DNA of 64,000 bases from Scenedesmus sp. PABB004 (lineage: Eukaryota): positions 248,001-312,000 of the forward strand of contig JABVCE010000030.1 in assembly GCA_014905635.1 (NCBI GenBank). Reading direction: 5' to 3'. Below are positions 36,101 to 52,833 of this stretch, piece after piece. Below the pieces are notes generated by a model that saw only the letters and a program-made list of their open reading frames with translations, searched no databases and had not been told where the DNA came from. Position 1 is the stretch's first letter; each line of letters starts with the position of its first letter. The position numbers and the translations under genes are program-made.

Positions 36101-36287
36101 GCGCTCGCAGCTCCCGACCAGCTCCAGCAGCTGGGTGATGGCCTCCTCCGCCCTGGCGCCGGGGGGCGGGTCAGGCGGCGCCGCGGGGGCCGGGCGCCGC
36201 GGCAGCACCGGCATCACCGCCTCACCCGTCGTTGGCGCGCTTGCGCTTCCTCAGGCGGCCCCCGTAGCTGCTCCCCTCCTCCGCCAT
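32990..36287 (-). CDS. Sir2-family (sirtuin) protein with long low-complexity C-terminus
   Basis: NLS-like RLRKRKR, then VVVFSGSGLSANSG, FSTKNGLY, HYTLNIDGL, VEMHGNI, CPSC...CEAC zinc ribbon, VMLYDD and LWVGISF. Q/A-rich tail. Confidence 0.88.
33307..33565 (-). repeat. Coding 30-bp minisatellite encoding (AEPxAEPAPx)n
   Basis: About 8 units such as ggctcggcctttggcgccggctctgccgtg in the last sirtuin exon. Confidence 0.9.
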
Positions 36288-36493
36288 GGGGGGCGGGCAA
36301 GCGCTCCGCTTGCCCGCGCCGCGGCAGGTCGGCGGCGACGCCGCCGCCGCTGCTCGGCGCGTGCGGCTCGGCGCGCGCGCGGCCGGGGCCGCTGCCGGAG
36401 CTGCGGCGGCAGGTGGGGGCGCGAGGGAGTCTCGGTCTCGCGAGCGGCCGCTGCCAGGACAAGCGGGGCGCGGGGCTCGGGGCTCGCGGCGGT

Positions 36494-36555
36494 TGTGGAC
36501 CGTCCGTGGTTCAACGCCAATCGACTGTGGACCGTCCGTGGTTCAACGCCAATCG
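36494..36555 (+). repeat. Two copies of a 30-bp unit (32-bp period) containing CCAAT, upstream of the sirtuin ATG
   Basis: tgtggaccgtccgtggttcaacgccaatcg occurs at 36494 and again at 36526. Confidence 0.9.
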
Positions 36556-36558
36556 CGC

Positions 36559-37254
36559 TCACTCCGCCCGCTTCTTCGGCGCGCCGCGCCGCCAGGCCGC
36601 CCGCGCGCCGAGCGCCGCGGCGAGGCCGAGCGTCCACGCGGTGCCGCCGAACACGAGCCACCACTTGGCGGTGCAGAGCCGCGAGCCCGCCGCGGCGGCG
36701 GCGGCCCACCAGCGCCGCGCGGGCATCGGCGGCGCCGGCGCGCCGCCGCCCGCGCGCGACGCGACCAGGTGGCCCGCCACGAGCGCGAGCTGGCAGGCGT
36801 TCTCGGCCAAGTCCAGCGCGACGACGGCAGGCACCCACGCCCAGCTGCCCCGCAGCGCGCGCGCGGCGGCCGGGCCGGCCCGCGGCCCCGCCGCGCGCGC
36901 CGCCAGCGCACCCAGGCGGTTGCAGACGACCAGCAGCGCCGCGCCGTACCCCGGTGCGTACAGCACCGAGTCCAGCGCCTCCACGCCGACGTAGGCCCAG
37001 CACCCGCGCGGACCCCAGGCGGTGAAGAGGGCGTCTGCTTCGGCTGCGGTGTAGCCGCCCGTGCGCAGGTCGAGCACCGTCGCGTCGCCGCTCCAGCCCC
37101 GCGCCGCCGCCTCTGCGCGCTGCAGTGCGCCCGAGCGGGCGAAGAACGCGCTGCCGGCCAGCACGGCGGCGAGGCCGGCCGCGAGGGCGCGCCAGCTCGC
37201 GACGCTGGCGAGGCCGCTGCTGCCGCTGCCGCCCGCTCGTGTCGTCGGCCCCAT
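36559..37254 (-). CDS. Intronless multi-pass membrane protein of unknown function
   Basis: 231-aa ORF with ~4 hydrophobic segments and non-GC-driven motifs VLDLRTGGYT...WGPRG..AY...LD..LY, LDLAEN and TAKW. Confidence 0.7.
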   Translation of the reverse strand: MGPTTRAGGSGSSGLASVASWRALAAGLAAVLAGSAFFARSGALQRAEAAARGWSGDATVLDLRTGGYTAAEADALFTAWGPRGCWAYVGVEALDSVLYAPGYGAALLVVCNRLGALAARAAGPRAGPAAARALRGSWAWVPAVVALDLAENACQLALVAGHLVASRAGGGAPAPPMPARRWWAAAAAAGSRLCTAKWWLVFGGTAWTLGLAAALGARAAWRRGAPKKRAE

Positions 37255-37410
37255 GCTGCTGGCGTGACCCCGAGCTGACGGGCGGAGGCTGCTGCGTTCG
37301 CCGTGGCGGGCGCTGGGGGACTGGCGCTCGTCCCAGGCCGCGCGGCGGTTGGGGCGCGGCGGTTTTTTGGGCGCGAGTCGCGCGACCCGGCGTGCTTCAG
37401 TGCGCTGTTC

Positions 37411-37415
37411 TTACA
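37411..37415 (-). terminator. TGTAA polyadenylation signal of ARC5
   Basis: ttaca on the + strand, ~220 bp downstream of the ARC5 stop. Confidence 0.6.
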
Positions 37416-37636
37416 CGCGCTGCTTGCTCACTGCCCCCCGCCTCGTCCCAGGGCCTCACGCCCGTCATGCTGGCGCCCCGCCTGGACCTGGTGGCGCCCG
37501 TCGTCTGCCTGCTCGCTGCCCGCCGTCGCTGCCGGCATCGCTGCTCTTCACACCCCGCCCCGGGAGCTCGCCGTTGGTGCTGCTGCGTCGTCCCCTGCGC
37601 CGTCTCCGTCTCCACGTGCGCGCGCGCGCGCTCAGC

Positions 37637-43914
<6,278 letters not shown>

Positions 43915-44517
43915 CGCGGCGGGGAGAGCGGGAGGTGGTTGCGCCCGACCGAGGTGGCCGTTGCCGGGTGGGGCGACGCAGCCGGCGTGTCGACCTGCCG
44001 GGAGGTGCGGCAGAGCTATTGGCGCGGCTGGCCTCGCGCGGGGGCTGCAGCGCTGCCTGCCGCCGCGGCGGCGGCCGCTGGAAGGCAGGCGGGCGCGCAG
44101 GGCTCTGGCTGGCAACGAACTCGCTCGCCTGCGCGGCTCCGCTCACTTCAGATCGTCAGCAGTCCGCGTGACCGCGCGCCAGCCTGCCCGCGGCTCGCCG
44201 GCGCAGCACGACCCGCGCGCAGGCTCTGCGGCGCTGCGCGGCGCCATTGCGTGCCAGGTGAGCTCATGAGGACAGCCAAACACCGCGGAGCGCCCGCGGT
44301 CGGCCTGAGCGCGCGGCCAGCATGTGGCAGCAGCGGCGCCGGCGCGGCGGCAGCGGCTGTTGCACGCCAATTGGCCGCCCGCCGGCCCGTCATTGGGCAC
44401 GCCGGCGCGCTGGCCACCACGCGGCACGCGCCAGCGCGCGCCGGCCGCCGGCCCACGCGCGCGTGTGGCCGCCGCCGCTGCGTGCCGCAGGCGCTGCCCG
44501 GGGCGCGCGCGTGCGCC

Positions 44518-47500
44518 ATGAACGCGGCGCAGGCCCGGCCCACCATGCGCCCCAGCCTGGCGCGCGTCGGCCGGCTCTCGCTGCGCGCGCTGCGGGCGCC
44601 GCCGGCCGCCGCCGGCGCCGGCGGGGCGGCCGCGCCCGCGGCGGCGGCGCCGCTCGCGCCCGCGGCGGCGGCCTGCGGGCAGCTCCGCGGCGCGGGCGCG
44701 CTGCGCGGCGCGCTCGCGGCGCGGCCGCAGACGCTGCCGGCCGCGGCGCGGCGCTCGCTCGCGGCCGCGCCCCGCGCGTCGGCGGCGGCGGCGGCGCCGT
44801 CCGCGCCGGCGCCGTCCGCGCCGGCGCCGGCGGGCGCGCAGGCCAACGGCGCCGCCGCCGGCCCCGGCGCCAGCGGCGCGGCGCCGACCTTCCAGGAGGC
44901 GATCAAGCGGCTGCAGGACTTTTGGGCGGCCGCGGGCTGCGTCGTGTGGCTGCCGCACAACACCGAGGTCGGCGCGGGGACGATGAACCCCGCGACCTTC
45001 CTCAGGGTCCTCGGCCCCGAGCCCTGGAACGTGTGCTACCCCGAGCCGAGCATCCGCCCCGACGACAGCCGCTACGGCGACAACCCCAACCGCGTGCAGC
45101 GGCACACACAGTTCCAGGCGCGGGGGCCCCCGCCGCCGGCGCGGGCCCGCCGCCGCCGGCGCCGCACGCCCACCGCTGCGCCGACGCCGCCGCGCTGACG
45201 CCGCCGCCGCGCCCGCCGGCGCAGGTGATCCTCAAGCCCGACCCCGGCAACGCGCAAGAGCTCTACCTGGGCAGCCTGGAGGCGCTGGGCATCGACACGC
45301 GCGCGCACGACGTCCGGTGCGCGCCGCGGCTTGCGGCGGCCGCGCTCACAGCGCGCCCGCGCCCTGCGCCGCGCCCGCGCGCCGCGCCGCGGCGCCCGCC
45401 GCCGACGCCGGCCGCGCCCCCGCACGCGCGCCGCGCCGCGCCGCCGCAGCTTTGTGGAGGACAACTGGGAGTCGCCGGTGCTCGGCGCGTGGGGCCTGGG
45501 CTGGGAGGTCTGGCTGGACGGCATGGAGGTCACGCAGTTCACCTACTTCCAGCAGGCGCGCCGCCGCGGGGCTTGGGGCGTCGTGGCCCGGGGACTCGGG
45601 GCCGCGCGCTCGCGCGCGGGGCGCGCAGGCGGGCCGCCCTGCGGGCCGCCCGTCGACGCCGCGCTGACGCCGGGGCCGCGCCGCGCCGCGCCGCGCCGCG
45701 GCGCAGGCGGGTGGCAAGGCGCTCGACGCGCCGGCGGTGGAGATCACGTACGGCCTCGAGCGCATCCTCATGTCCCTGCAGGGCGTGAAGCACTTCAAGG
45801 ACATCAGGCGCGCCGCCGCGCTCGCCGCCCGGCCGAGCACACCCGCGCCCGCCCGCCGGCCGTGCCGCCACGCGGCGCCGGCCCCGGCGCCGCGTCGCCG
45901 CCTGCTCACTGACTCGCGCCCGCGTCTCCGCGTCCGCCGCGTCTCTCATGCACGCAGGTACGCGGAGGGCGTGACGTACGGGGAGCTGTTCCTGCAGAAC
46001 GAGTACGAAATGAGCGTGTTCAACCTGGACGAGGCCGACGTGGCCGAGCAGCGCAGCCGCTTCGCGCTCTGCGAGGCCGAGGTGCGGGGGCGCGCGCGGG
46101 CGCGGGGCGCCTCGCGGCGGCCGCCAGGGGCGGGCGCGGCGCGGGCCGCCGGACGCGCGTGTGTGGGTGAGCTCACGCGGCGCGCGCGCTGCGCTGCACG
46201 CGGCCGCAGGCGCGGCGGCTGCTGGCCAAGCGGCTGCCGGTGCCGGCGTACGACATGCTGCTCAAGTGCAGCCACGCGTTCAACATCATGGACGCGCGCG
46301 GCGCCGTCGGCGTGACCGAGCGCGCCGACTGCTTCGCGACGATGCGAGCGCTCGCGCGCGAGGTCACCGGTGCGCCGGGGCACGCGGCGCGGCGCGCGGC
46401 GCGCGGCGCGGCGCGCACGATCCGCGCCGCGCCGCCGCGCCCCGGCGGAGGAGGCGCCGCTTCCGACTCACGCCGCCCGCGCCGCCGCCCGCGCCGCAGC
46501 GCTGTGGATGGCGCGGCGCGAGGAGCTGGGGCACCCGCTCGGCGTCGTCCCCGGCCCCGCACCGGCGGGCAAGGCGCCCGCGGGCGGAGCTGTCGCGGGC
46601 CCGCCCGGCGCGGCGCCGTTTGTGCTCGAGATTGGCAGCGAGGAGCTGCCGCCCGACGACGTGCAGGCCGGCATGGCGCAACTGCGGTGCGGGCGCGGCC
46701 AGGCGCACCGCCGCGCCGCGCGGCGGCGGCCCCGCGCGCTCTCCTGGCCCGCGCGCGCGCGGCCGCCGACCGCGCACGCTCCCCTCCGCGCCCCCTCCGC
46801 AGCGAGCGCGTGCCCGCGCTGCTCAGCAAGCTGCGCCTGCCGCACGGCGGCGTCGAGGTGCACGGAACGCCGCGCCGCCTCGCGGTGCTCGTGCACGACC
46901 TCGCGGCGGCGCAGACGCCTCAGGAGTCCAAGGTGCGCGTCGCGCGCCGCCCTGCGTCCCCCGGCGGCAGCGCGCCCGCGGGCGCGGGGCGCAGCGCCGG
47001 CGCTGGGGCGCGAGACAGATGCACTGCCGCCGCTGCCGCCGCAGGTGCGCGGCCCGCCGGCCAAGGCCGCGTACGACGCGACCGGCGCGCCCAGCAAGGC
47101 GCTGGAGGGCTTCTGCCGCAAGGCCGGCGTGCCGGTCGACGCCGGTGCGCCGCGGCGCAGCATGCGCAGCGCGCCTCGCGCAGCGCAGCGCGCCCCGCGC
47201 CGCGCCGCGCGCGCTGCCGGCTGCTCAAGCAAGCACGGGCGCTGCACGCCCGCGCAGTGACGGTCGAGGCGGACGCGAAGGGCGTGGAGTATTGCTGGGT
47301 GCAGCAGGCCGACGCCGGCAAGCCCGCGGTCGAGGTGCGCCGCCCTCGCCGCGCCCGCCGCCGCGCTCGCTCGCCCCCCTTTGCACCCGCCGCCGCCGCG
47401 CTCACGGCCGCCCCGCGCGTGTGCGCGCGCAGGTGCTGGCCGCGGAGCTGCCGGGCCTGGTGGGCGGCCTGGGCTTCCGCAAGAGCATGCGCTGGAACGC

Positions 47501-49707
47501 GGCCGGCGCGGCGTACAGCCGCCCGCTGCGCTGGCTGCTCGCGCTGCACGGCGACGCGGCCGTGCGCTGTGACTACGCCGGCCTCTCCTCCGCGCCGGCC
47601 ACGCGCGTGCTGCGCAACGCCGACACGCCGGAGCTGCCCGTGCCGTCCGCGGCCGCCTACGGCGACGTGCTGCGCGGCGCGGGCATCGCGCTCGACTTTG
47701 CCGCGCGCCGCGCCGCGATCTGGGACGGCGCGACCGCGGCGGCGGCCGAGGTGCGCAGGGCCGCGGGCCGCCGGCGCGCTCTGCCGGCGCCGCGCGGCGC
47801 GTGCAAGCGGTGGCGCGCGGCTGACCCGTCATTGCCTTGCCGCGCCGCCGCGCCTGCTGCTGCCGCTGCCGCAGGTCGGCGGCGTCATCCCCGAGTCAGC
47901 GTCGGGCGAGCTGCTGGACGAGGTGGCCAACCTCGTGGAGAGCCCCACGCTCGTGCGCGGCGCGTTCGACCCCGCCTTCCTCTCCCTGCCCCAGTGAGAC
48001 CTCGCGCCGCGGCGCGGGCCGCGCCGCGCGCCGGGCCGCCGCCGGGCCGCTGGCAGGCCGCCGCCTGCGTGCGCGGCCCGCCCGCCCGGCCCCGCCCCGA
48101 TCGCTGCTGCGGCCCGCGCCCCGCCGCGCCCCGCCGCGCCGCAGGGAGGTGCTGGTCATGGTCATGCGCAAGCACCAGCGCTACTTCCCGGTCTTTGCCC
48201 CCGCCGCCGACGGCGGCGGGCTGCTGCCCGCGTTTGTCACGGTCGCCAACGGCCCCGTCGACGTCCCCGCCGTCGCGGCGGGCAACGAGGCGGTGCTGCG
48301 CGCGCGCTTCGAGGACGCGGCGTTCTTCTACCGCGAGGACCTGTCCACCACGCTCGCCGACCTCAGGTCCGGCGCGGCGCGCGCCGCGGCGCGGCGCGGC
48401 TGAGCGCCGTGCGCAGCGGCGGCCGGCCGGCATGCGCGGCGGCGCCGATGCCGACGCGCGCGCTGACGCGGCCGCCCCGCGCGCGTCGCCCCTCGCCGCC
48501 GCCGTCCGCCCAGGCCCAAGCTCAAGGGCACCATGTTCCAGAAGGACCTGGGCAGCCTGTTTGACAAGACGCTGCGCATCGAGGCGCTCGCGCCGCGCCT
48601 CGCGGCCGCGATGGGCCTCGGCGCCGCGACCGACGCCGCGGCGGCGGCGGCGGCGCTGTGCAAGGCCGACCTCGCGAGCGCGACCGTCACCGAGATGACC
48701 GCCCTCGCCGGCACGATGGGCCGGCACTACGCGCAGGCGCAGGGCCTGCCGGAGGACGTGGCGACGGCGATCTTTGAGAGCGTGCTGCCCCGCCAGGCGG
48801 GCGACGCGCTGCCGGCGAGCCCCGCGGGCGTCGTCGTCGCGGTCGCGGACCGGCTGGACAGCCTCGTCGGGCTCGTCGCCGCGGTCGGCGCGCCGAGCGC
48901 GACCGCCGACCCCTACGGCCTGCGCCGCGCGGCGTACGGCATGCTGCAGGCGCGTTCACGGGGGCGCGCGCCGGGGCGCGCGCTCGCGCGCCGGGGCGCG
49001 CGCTCGCGCGCCGCGCGAAGCCGCCGGCCGCCGCCGCAGCTGGCACATGACACGGCTGCCGCGCGCGCGCGCAGGCGCTGGTGTCCAACGGCGTGCCGCT
49101 GAGCCTGCGCGCCGCGGTCGCGCTCGCGGCAGGCGAGCAGCCCATCCCGGTCAGCGCCGAGCAGCAGGCGGCGGTGCTCGAGTTTGTGGGGCGCCGCCTG
49201 GAGCAGCTGCTGGTCGACTCGGGCGTGCCGCCCGAGGCGGTGCGCGCGGTGCTCGCCGAGCGCGGCGACGACCCCGCGCTCGCGGCGGCCACGGCGGCGC
49301 AGCTCCAGGCCGCGCTGTCGGCGGGCGAGGCCGGCGCGCTGCGGGGCGTCATGACGGCGCTGAGCCGGCCCACGCGCATCGTGCGCGGCAAGGCGGTGCC
49401 GGACGCGTCGATCGCGGTCGACCCGGCGCTGTTTGAGGCCGACGAGGAGCGCGGCCTGCACGCGGCGCTGCTCGCGACGCGCGCCGCGCTCGACGCCGCG
49501 TCGGCGGCCGCGGGCGGCGCGCCGCCGAGCGTCGACGCGTGGCTGGCAGCGGCGGGCGGGCTGGTCGCGCCGATTGACGCCTTTTTTGACAAGGTCTTTG
49601 TGATGTGCGAGGACGAGGGCGTGCGGGCCAACCGGCTCGCGCTGCTGCGCGACGTCGCGGGCGTGACGGCGGGCTTCGTCGACCTCAGCCAGCTGCCCGG
49701 CTTCTGA
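44518..49707 (+). CDS. EDD1: Organellar glycine--tRNA ligase, fused alpha+beta (bacterial-type GlyRS-2), ~15 exons
   Basis: Transit peptide, then alpha motifs [14 protein letters not shown]...[58 protein letters not shown] and EITYGLER. Beta motifs [44 protein letters not shown] and FFDKVFVM...NRLALL. Confidence 0.96.
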
Positions 49708-49719
49708 GCTCTGCGGCGA

Positions 49720-50273
49720 TGCCGGGGCGCGCACTGGCGGGCTGGCTGGCGTCGCGAGGCGCTGGCGCCGCGGCGCGCGCACGCGCGGGCGGGGCGCAGC
49801 AGTCGTGTTACGCCGTCCGCTATCCCGCCCCGCACCGCGCCGGCCGCCCGGCGCGCCGCCGCGACGCAGCAAACACGACGCTCCTGCCTCCGCGCCCGCG
49901 CGCCGGTCGCGCTCGCGCACTGGGCGCCGACCGCGCCCGCCGCCATCCAACGTGGACGGCCAGGCGCGCCCACCTGGCAGGACGCGGACAGAGCTCCGAC
50001 CCCTCTCGCTCGGGCCACCACACCGAACCGAGCGCAGCGGCCGAGGCTGCGCAGGCCGCGCCCTGAGCCCGCGCCGCCGCGGCGCCGCGAGCTCGCCACG
50101 GCCGCCGCGCACCGCCCGAGCAGGGGCCCACCAGGCGCCGCTCGGGCTGGTCTCACGCGCCCGCGCCGCCAGCCTGGAGCTGCTCAGCCCGCACCGCCAG
50201 CGCCGCCGCGCACGCCCGCGCCAGGCCGCGCCGCAGCATCGCCTCCTCGTCGCACGCGGGCGGGCCGCACGGC
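49720..50273 (+). repeat. Inverted duplication, left arm (reverse complement of 56473-57000)
   Basis: tgccggggcgcgcactggcg (49720) is the reverse complement of 56981-57000. gtcgtgttacgccgtccgctatcc pairs with ggatagcggacggcgtaacacgac, and gcagcatcgcctcctcgt pairs with acgaggaggcgatgctgc. Confidence 0.93.
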
Positions 50274-51325
50274 GCGCCGGCCAGCCAGGGCGCGGCGAGC
50301 AGCGCCGCGTCCAGCTCGCACGCCCGCCTGCGCTGCGCCGCGGCCGCGTGCAGCGCGGCCAGCTCGTCGCAGCTGCCCGCCAGCTCGTCCGCCAGCGCGC
50401 CGCTCGCCGCATCTCCCTCCCCCCGCTGCAGCGCCTGGGCGAGCTCACAGACGCGTCCGAGGTAGCGCGCGGCAGTCGCGCGCTCTGCGCCCTGCGCCGC
50501 AGCCGTGCGCTGCGCCGCCAGCGCGCCGCGTACGGCGGCCCACTCGCCGCCGTGCGACAACGGCAGCGGCCCCGCGATGCACAGCGGCATGTCGCGCCCC
50601 GCGACGCTCGGCCATACCACCCACTGCCCGCTGGGCGCGGCGCAGCGCCAGGCCTCCTGCTGCTCGCGCAGGCGGTCCAGCAGCTGCGCCTTGGCCACGT
50701 GTGCCGGCGCGCTCACCGCCGCCGGGCCGCCGCGGGCGGCCGCCCCGCGCATGCGCGGCCGCAGCAGCCGCGCCAGCTTGGCGCGCAGCGGCGCGAGGCC
50801 CCACGCGCGGCATGGCGGTGGCGACGGTGGCGATGGCGGCGGCTGAGGAGCCTGGCTTGCCGGCGAGGCCGGCTCGCCCTGGCGCAGGCGCGCCAGCTCC
50901 TGCGCCGCCGCCGCGAGGAGCTGCTGCTGCGGCGAGGCCCAGTCCCAGCCCGGCAGCGCGTCCCGCAGCGTGTCCTCGGCGATGCTCCTGAAGAGGCCCG
51001 CCCCACCGCCGCGCCGGCCGTGCTCGCTGCCGACGGCCGTCGCGGCCGCCGCGCCGCGCGCCGGGCTCGGCGCCGCCCCACTGCGCGCCGCCGGCGAGCG
51101 CGGCGAGCCGGGCGCCGGCGCCGGCGCGCGCACGACGACGACCGGCATGCGCGGCGGCGCCGCGGCAAGCTCCGGCGGCACCGGCGCGCCCCACAGCTCC
51201 AGCACGCAGCGCACGGTGGCGGCGGTCAGGCGTCGCTGGCACCCCAGCTGGGCCGGCAGCAGCCACGCGTCCGCTTCGTCCACGCGCCAGCAGAGCGCTT
51301 GCGACACGGCGCCGCCGGGTGCCAT
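50153..51325 (-). CDS. Intronless hypothetical protein (390 aa)
   Basis: ATG in good context. Trp/Leu/Glu-rich segments (LCWRVDEADAWLL, LFRSIAEDTLRDALPGWDW, QWVVWPSVAG) differ from GC-noise ORFs. No recognisable domain. Confidence 0.55.
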   Translation of the reverse strand: MAPGGAVSQALCWRVDEADAWLLPAQLGCQRRLTAATVRCVLELWGAPVPPELAAAPPRMPVVVVRAPAPAPGSPRSPAARSGAAPSPARGAAAATAVGSEHGRRGGGAGLFRSIAEDTLRDALPGWDWASPQQQLLAAAAQELARLRQGEPASPASQAPQPPPSPPSPPPCRAWGLAPLRAKLARLLRPRMRGAAARGGPAAVSAPAHVAKAQLLDRLREQQEAWRCAAPSGQWVVWPSVAGRDMPLCIAGPLPLSHGGEWAAVRGALAAQRTAAAQGAERATAARYLGRVCELAQALQRGEGDAASGALADELAGSCDELAALHAAAAQRRRACELDAALLAAPWLAGAPCGPPACDEEAMLRRGLARACAAALAVRAEQLQAGGAGA

Positions 51326-51573
51326 CGCGTTGGCGGGACGCGCGGTCGGTCAAGGAGAGGTGCCAATGGTCGCTGCTGGCACAGGGCAGGCGGGCTTTCT
51401 CGAGTGGGCGTCCCAAAGTGACGGGTGTGACCGTTTTGTGACCGTCTTGTTGACCTTGTTTGACCGGCCGCTCCCGCCCAGCCCGAGGCCCAGCGCGCCT
51501 GCCACACGCCCGAACTCGCTCTCCCTGCCCCTCGCGGCCCCAGCGCGCCCAGCGGGTCGCCCATCACAGCGCC

Positions 51574-52656
51574 ATGGACGCGGCGGCGGCGCACGCGGGC
51601 AAGGCGCAGCGCTGGCGCTCGGCGGTGTGGCGGCTGCGCCGCGGCCTGGCCACTGGGACCGTGCAGCTCGGCGGCGGCGCTGGGGCGGCGCAGCTCGATG
51701 GCGGCGGCCCCGCCGCAGACGCGGAGGCGGGCGGGGGCGCGGCGCAGCGCGCCCCGTCCGACGCGCGCCGCGGCGCTGCGCCGGGCGAGCGCGACCGGCT
51801 CGCGCCGCTCGCGTCGCTCACGCCGCTGGCGGCGGGGCACGCGTCGCTGTGCCGCGGCACGCTGGCGTCGACCAACTTCAGCATCAGCCCCTTTGTCGCG
51901 GACGACAGCCTGCTCGCCGGCACGGGCTCGAGCAGCCTCGGCGCGGGCGCCAGCTCGGGGCACATGGCCGCCGCGCTCTACGCCGGCATGGCAGCCCACG
52001 GCGCCGCCGCCGCGGGCGATGACCGCAGCTACAGCCCCTTTGCCAGCGCCGCGCCGCTGCCGCCGGTGCCGGCGGCGGCGCACCACGAGGCGGCAGCCGG
52101 CGGCGCACCGGACAGCCACGGCAGCCCGCCCGGCGGCGGAGGGCTGGGCCGGCCGTCTGCGCCGGCGCGCGGCGCGCCCGAGCGCCCGAGCTGGGGCGAC
52201 GACCTCGCGGCGTGGGCAAGGCGCTGCCCCGAGGTGATCGCGCTGGCGCTGGAGCCCGCGCTGCAGGTGCCGCCGCGCTACCGCTGCTCCGCCAGCGGCA
52301 CCAGCGGCGCCGCCAGCAGCAGCGCGCGCGGCAGCAGCGACGACGGCGGCGACGCGGCGAGGGCCGCCGCGCGGCGGGCGGCGCGCGCCGCGCGGCGCGC
52401 GGGCGCGGGCCGCACGGCCTGCGGGCTCGCCGCGGAGCCGCCCGACGACGCCGGGGCGCTGCTGGCCGAGGGCTGGGACGCCCTGCAGCGCGTGCGAGGG
52501 GGCCTGGTGGCCTACATGGTCTGCGCCCACTCGGCGCTGCCGCCCGAGGCGGACGAGGCGCAGTCGCTCGAGGCGATGCGCGCCGTGGCGGAGAAGGCGG
52601 CGGCGCTGGCAGCGGCCGGCGCGCGGTGCGTGCGGGCGCAGGGGCGAGTTAGGTGA
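51574..52656 (+). CDS. Intronless hypothetical protein (~360 aa), divergent from the previous ORF
   Basis: gccATGg start. Ordered-looking segments SWGDDLAAWARRCPEVIALALEP and LLAEGWDALQRVRGGLVAYMVC. No recognisable domain. Confidence 0.55.
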   Translation: MDAAAAHAGKAQRWRSAVWRLRRGLATGTVQLGGGAGAAQLDGGGPAADAEAGGGAAQRAPSDARRGAAPGERDRLAPLASLTPLAAGHASLCRGTLASTNFSISPFVADDSLLAGTGSSSLGAGASSGHMAAALYAGMAAHGAAAAGDDRSYSPFASAAPLPPVPAAAHHEAAAGGAPDSHGSPPGGGGLGRPSAPARGAPERPSWGDDLAAWARRCPEVIALALEPALQVPPRYRCSASGTSGAASSSARGSSDDGGDAARAAARRAARAARRAGAGRTACGLAAEPPDDAGALLAEGWDALQRVRGGLVAYMVCAHSALPPEADEAQSLEAMRAVAEKAAALAAAGARCVRAQGRVR

Positions 52657-52833
52657 CCGAGCCGGGGTGTGCGGCCAGGGCTCAAGAAAGAACCCTTGCG
52701 GCCGCGGCTGGTTACTGAGATGCAGCGGGTGGACTCTCCACAGTCGAACCCAGCCCGGGGGGCCGCGGCAGCCCTCCCCTCACGCTTTCGCGCAAACGAG
52801 AGCAGCGCCGCGCTCGCGCAGCGGTCGCCGGCC

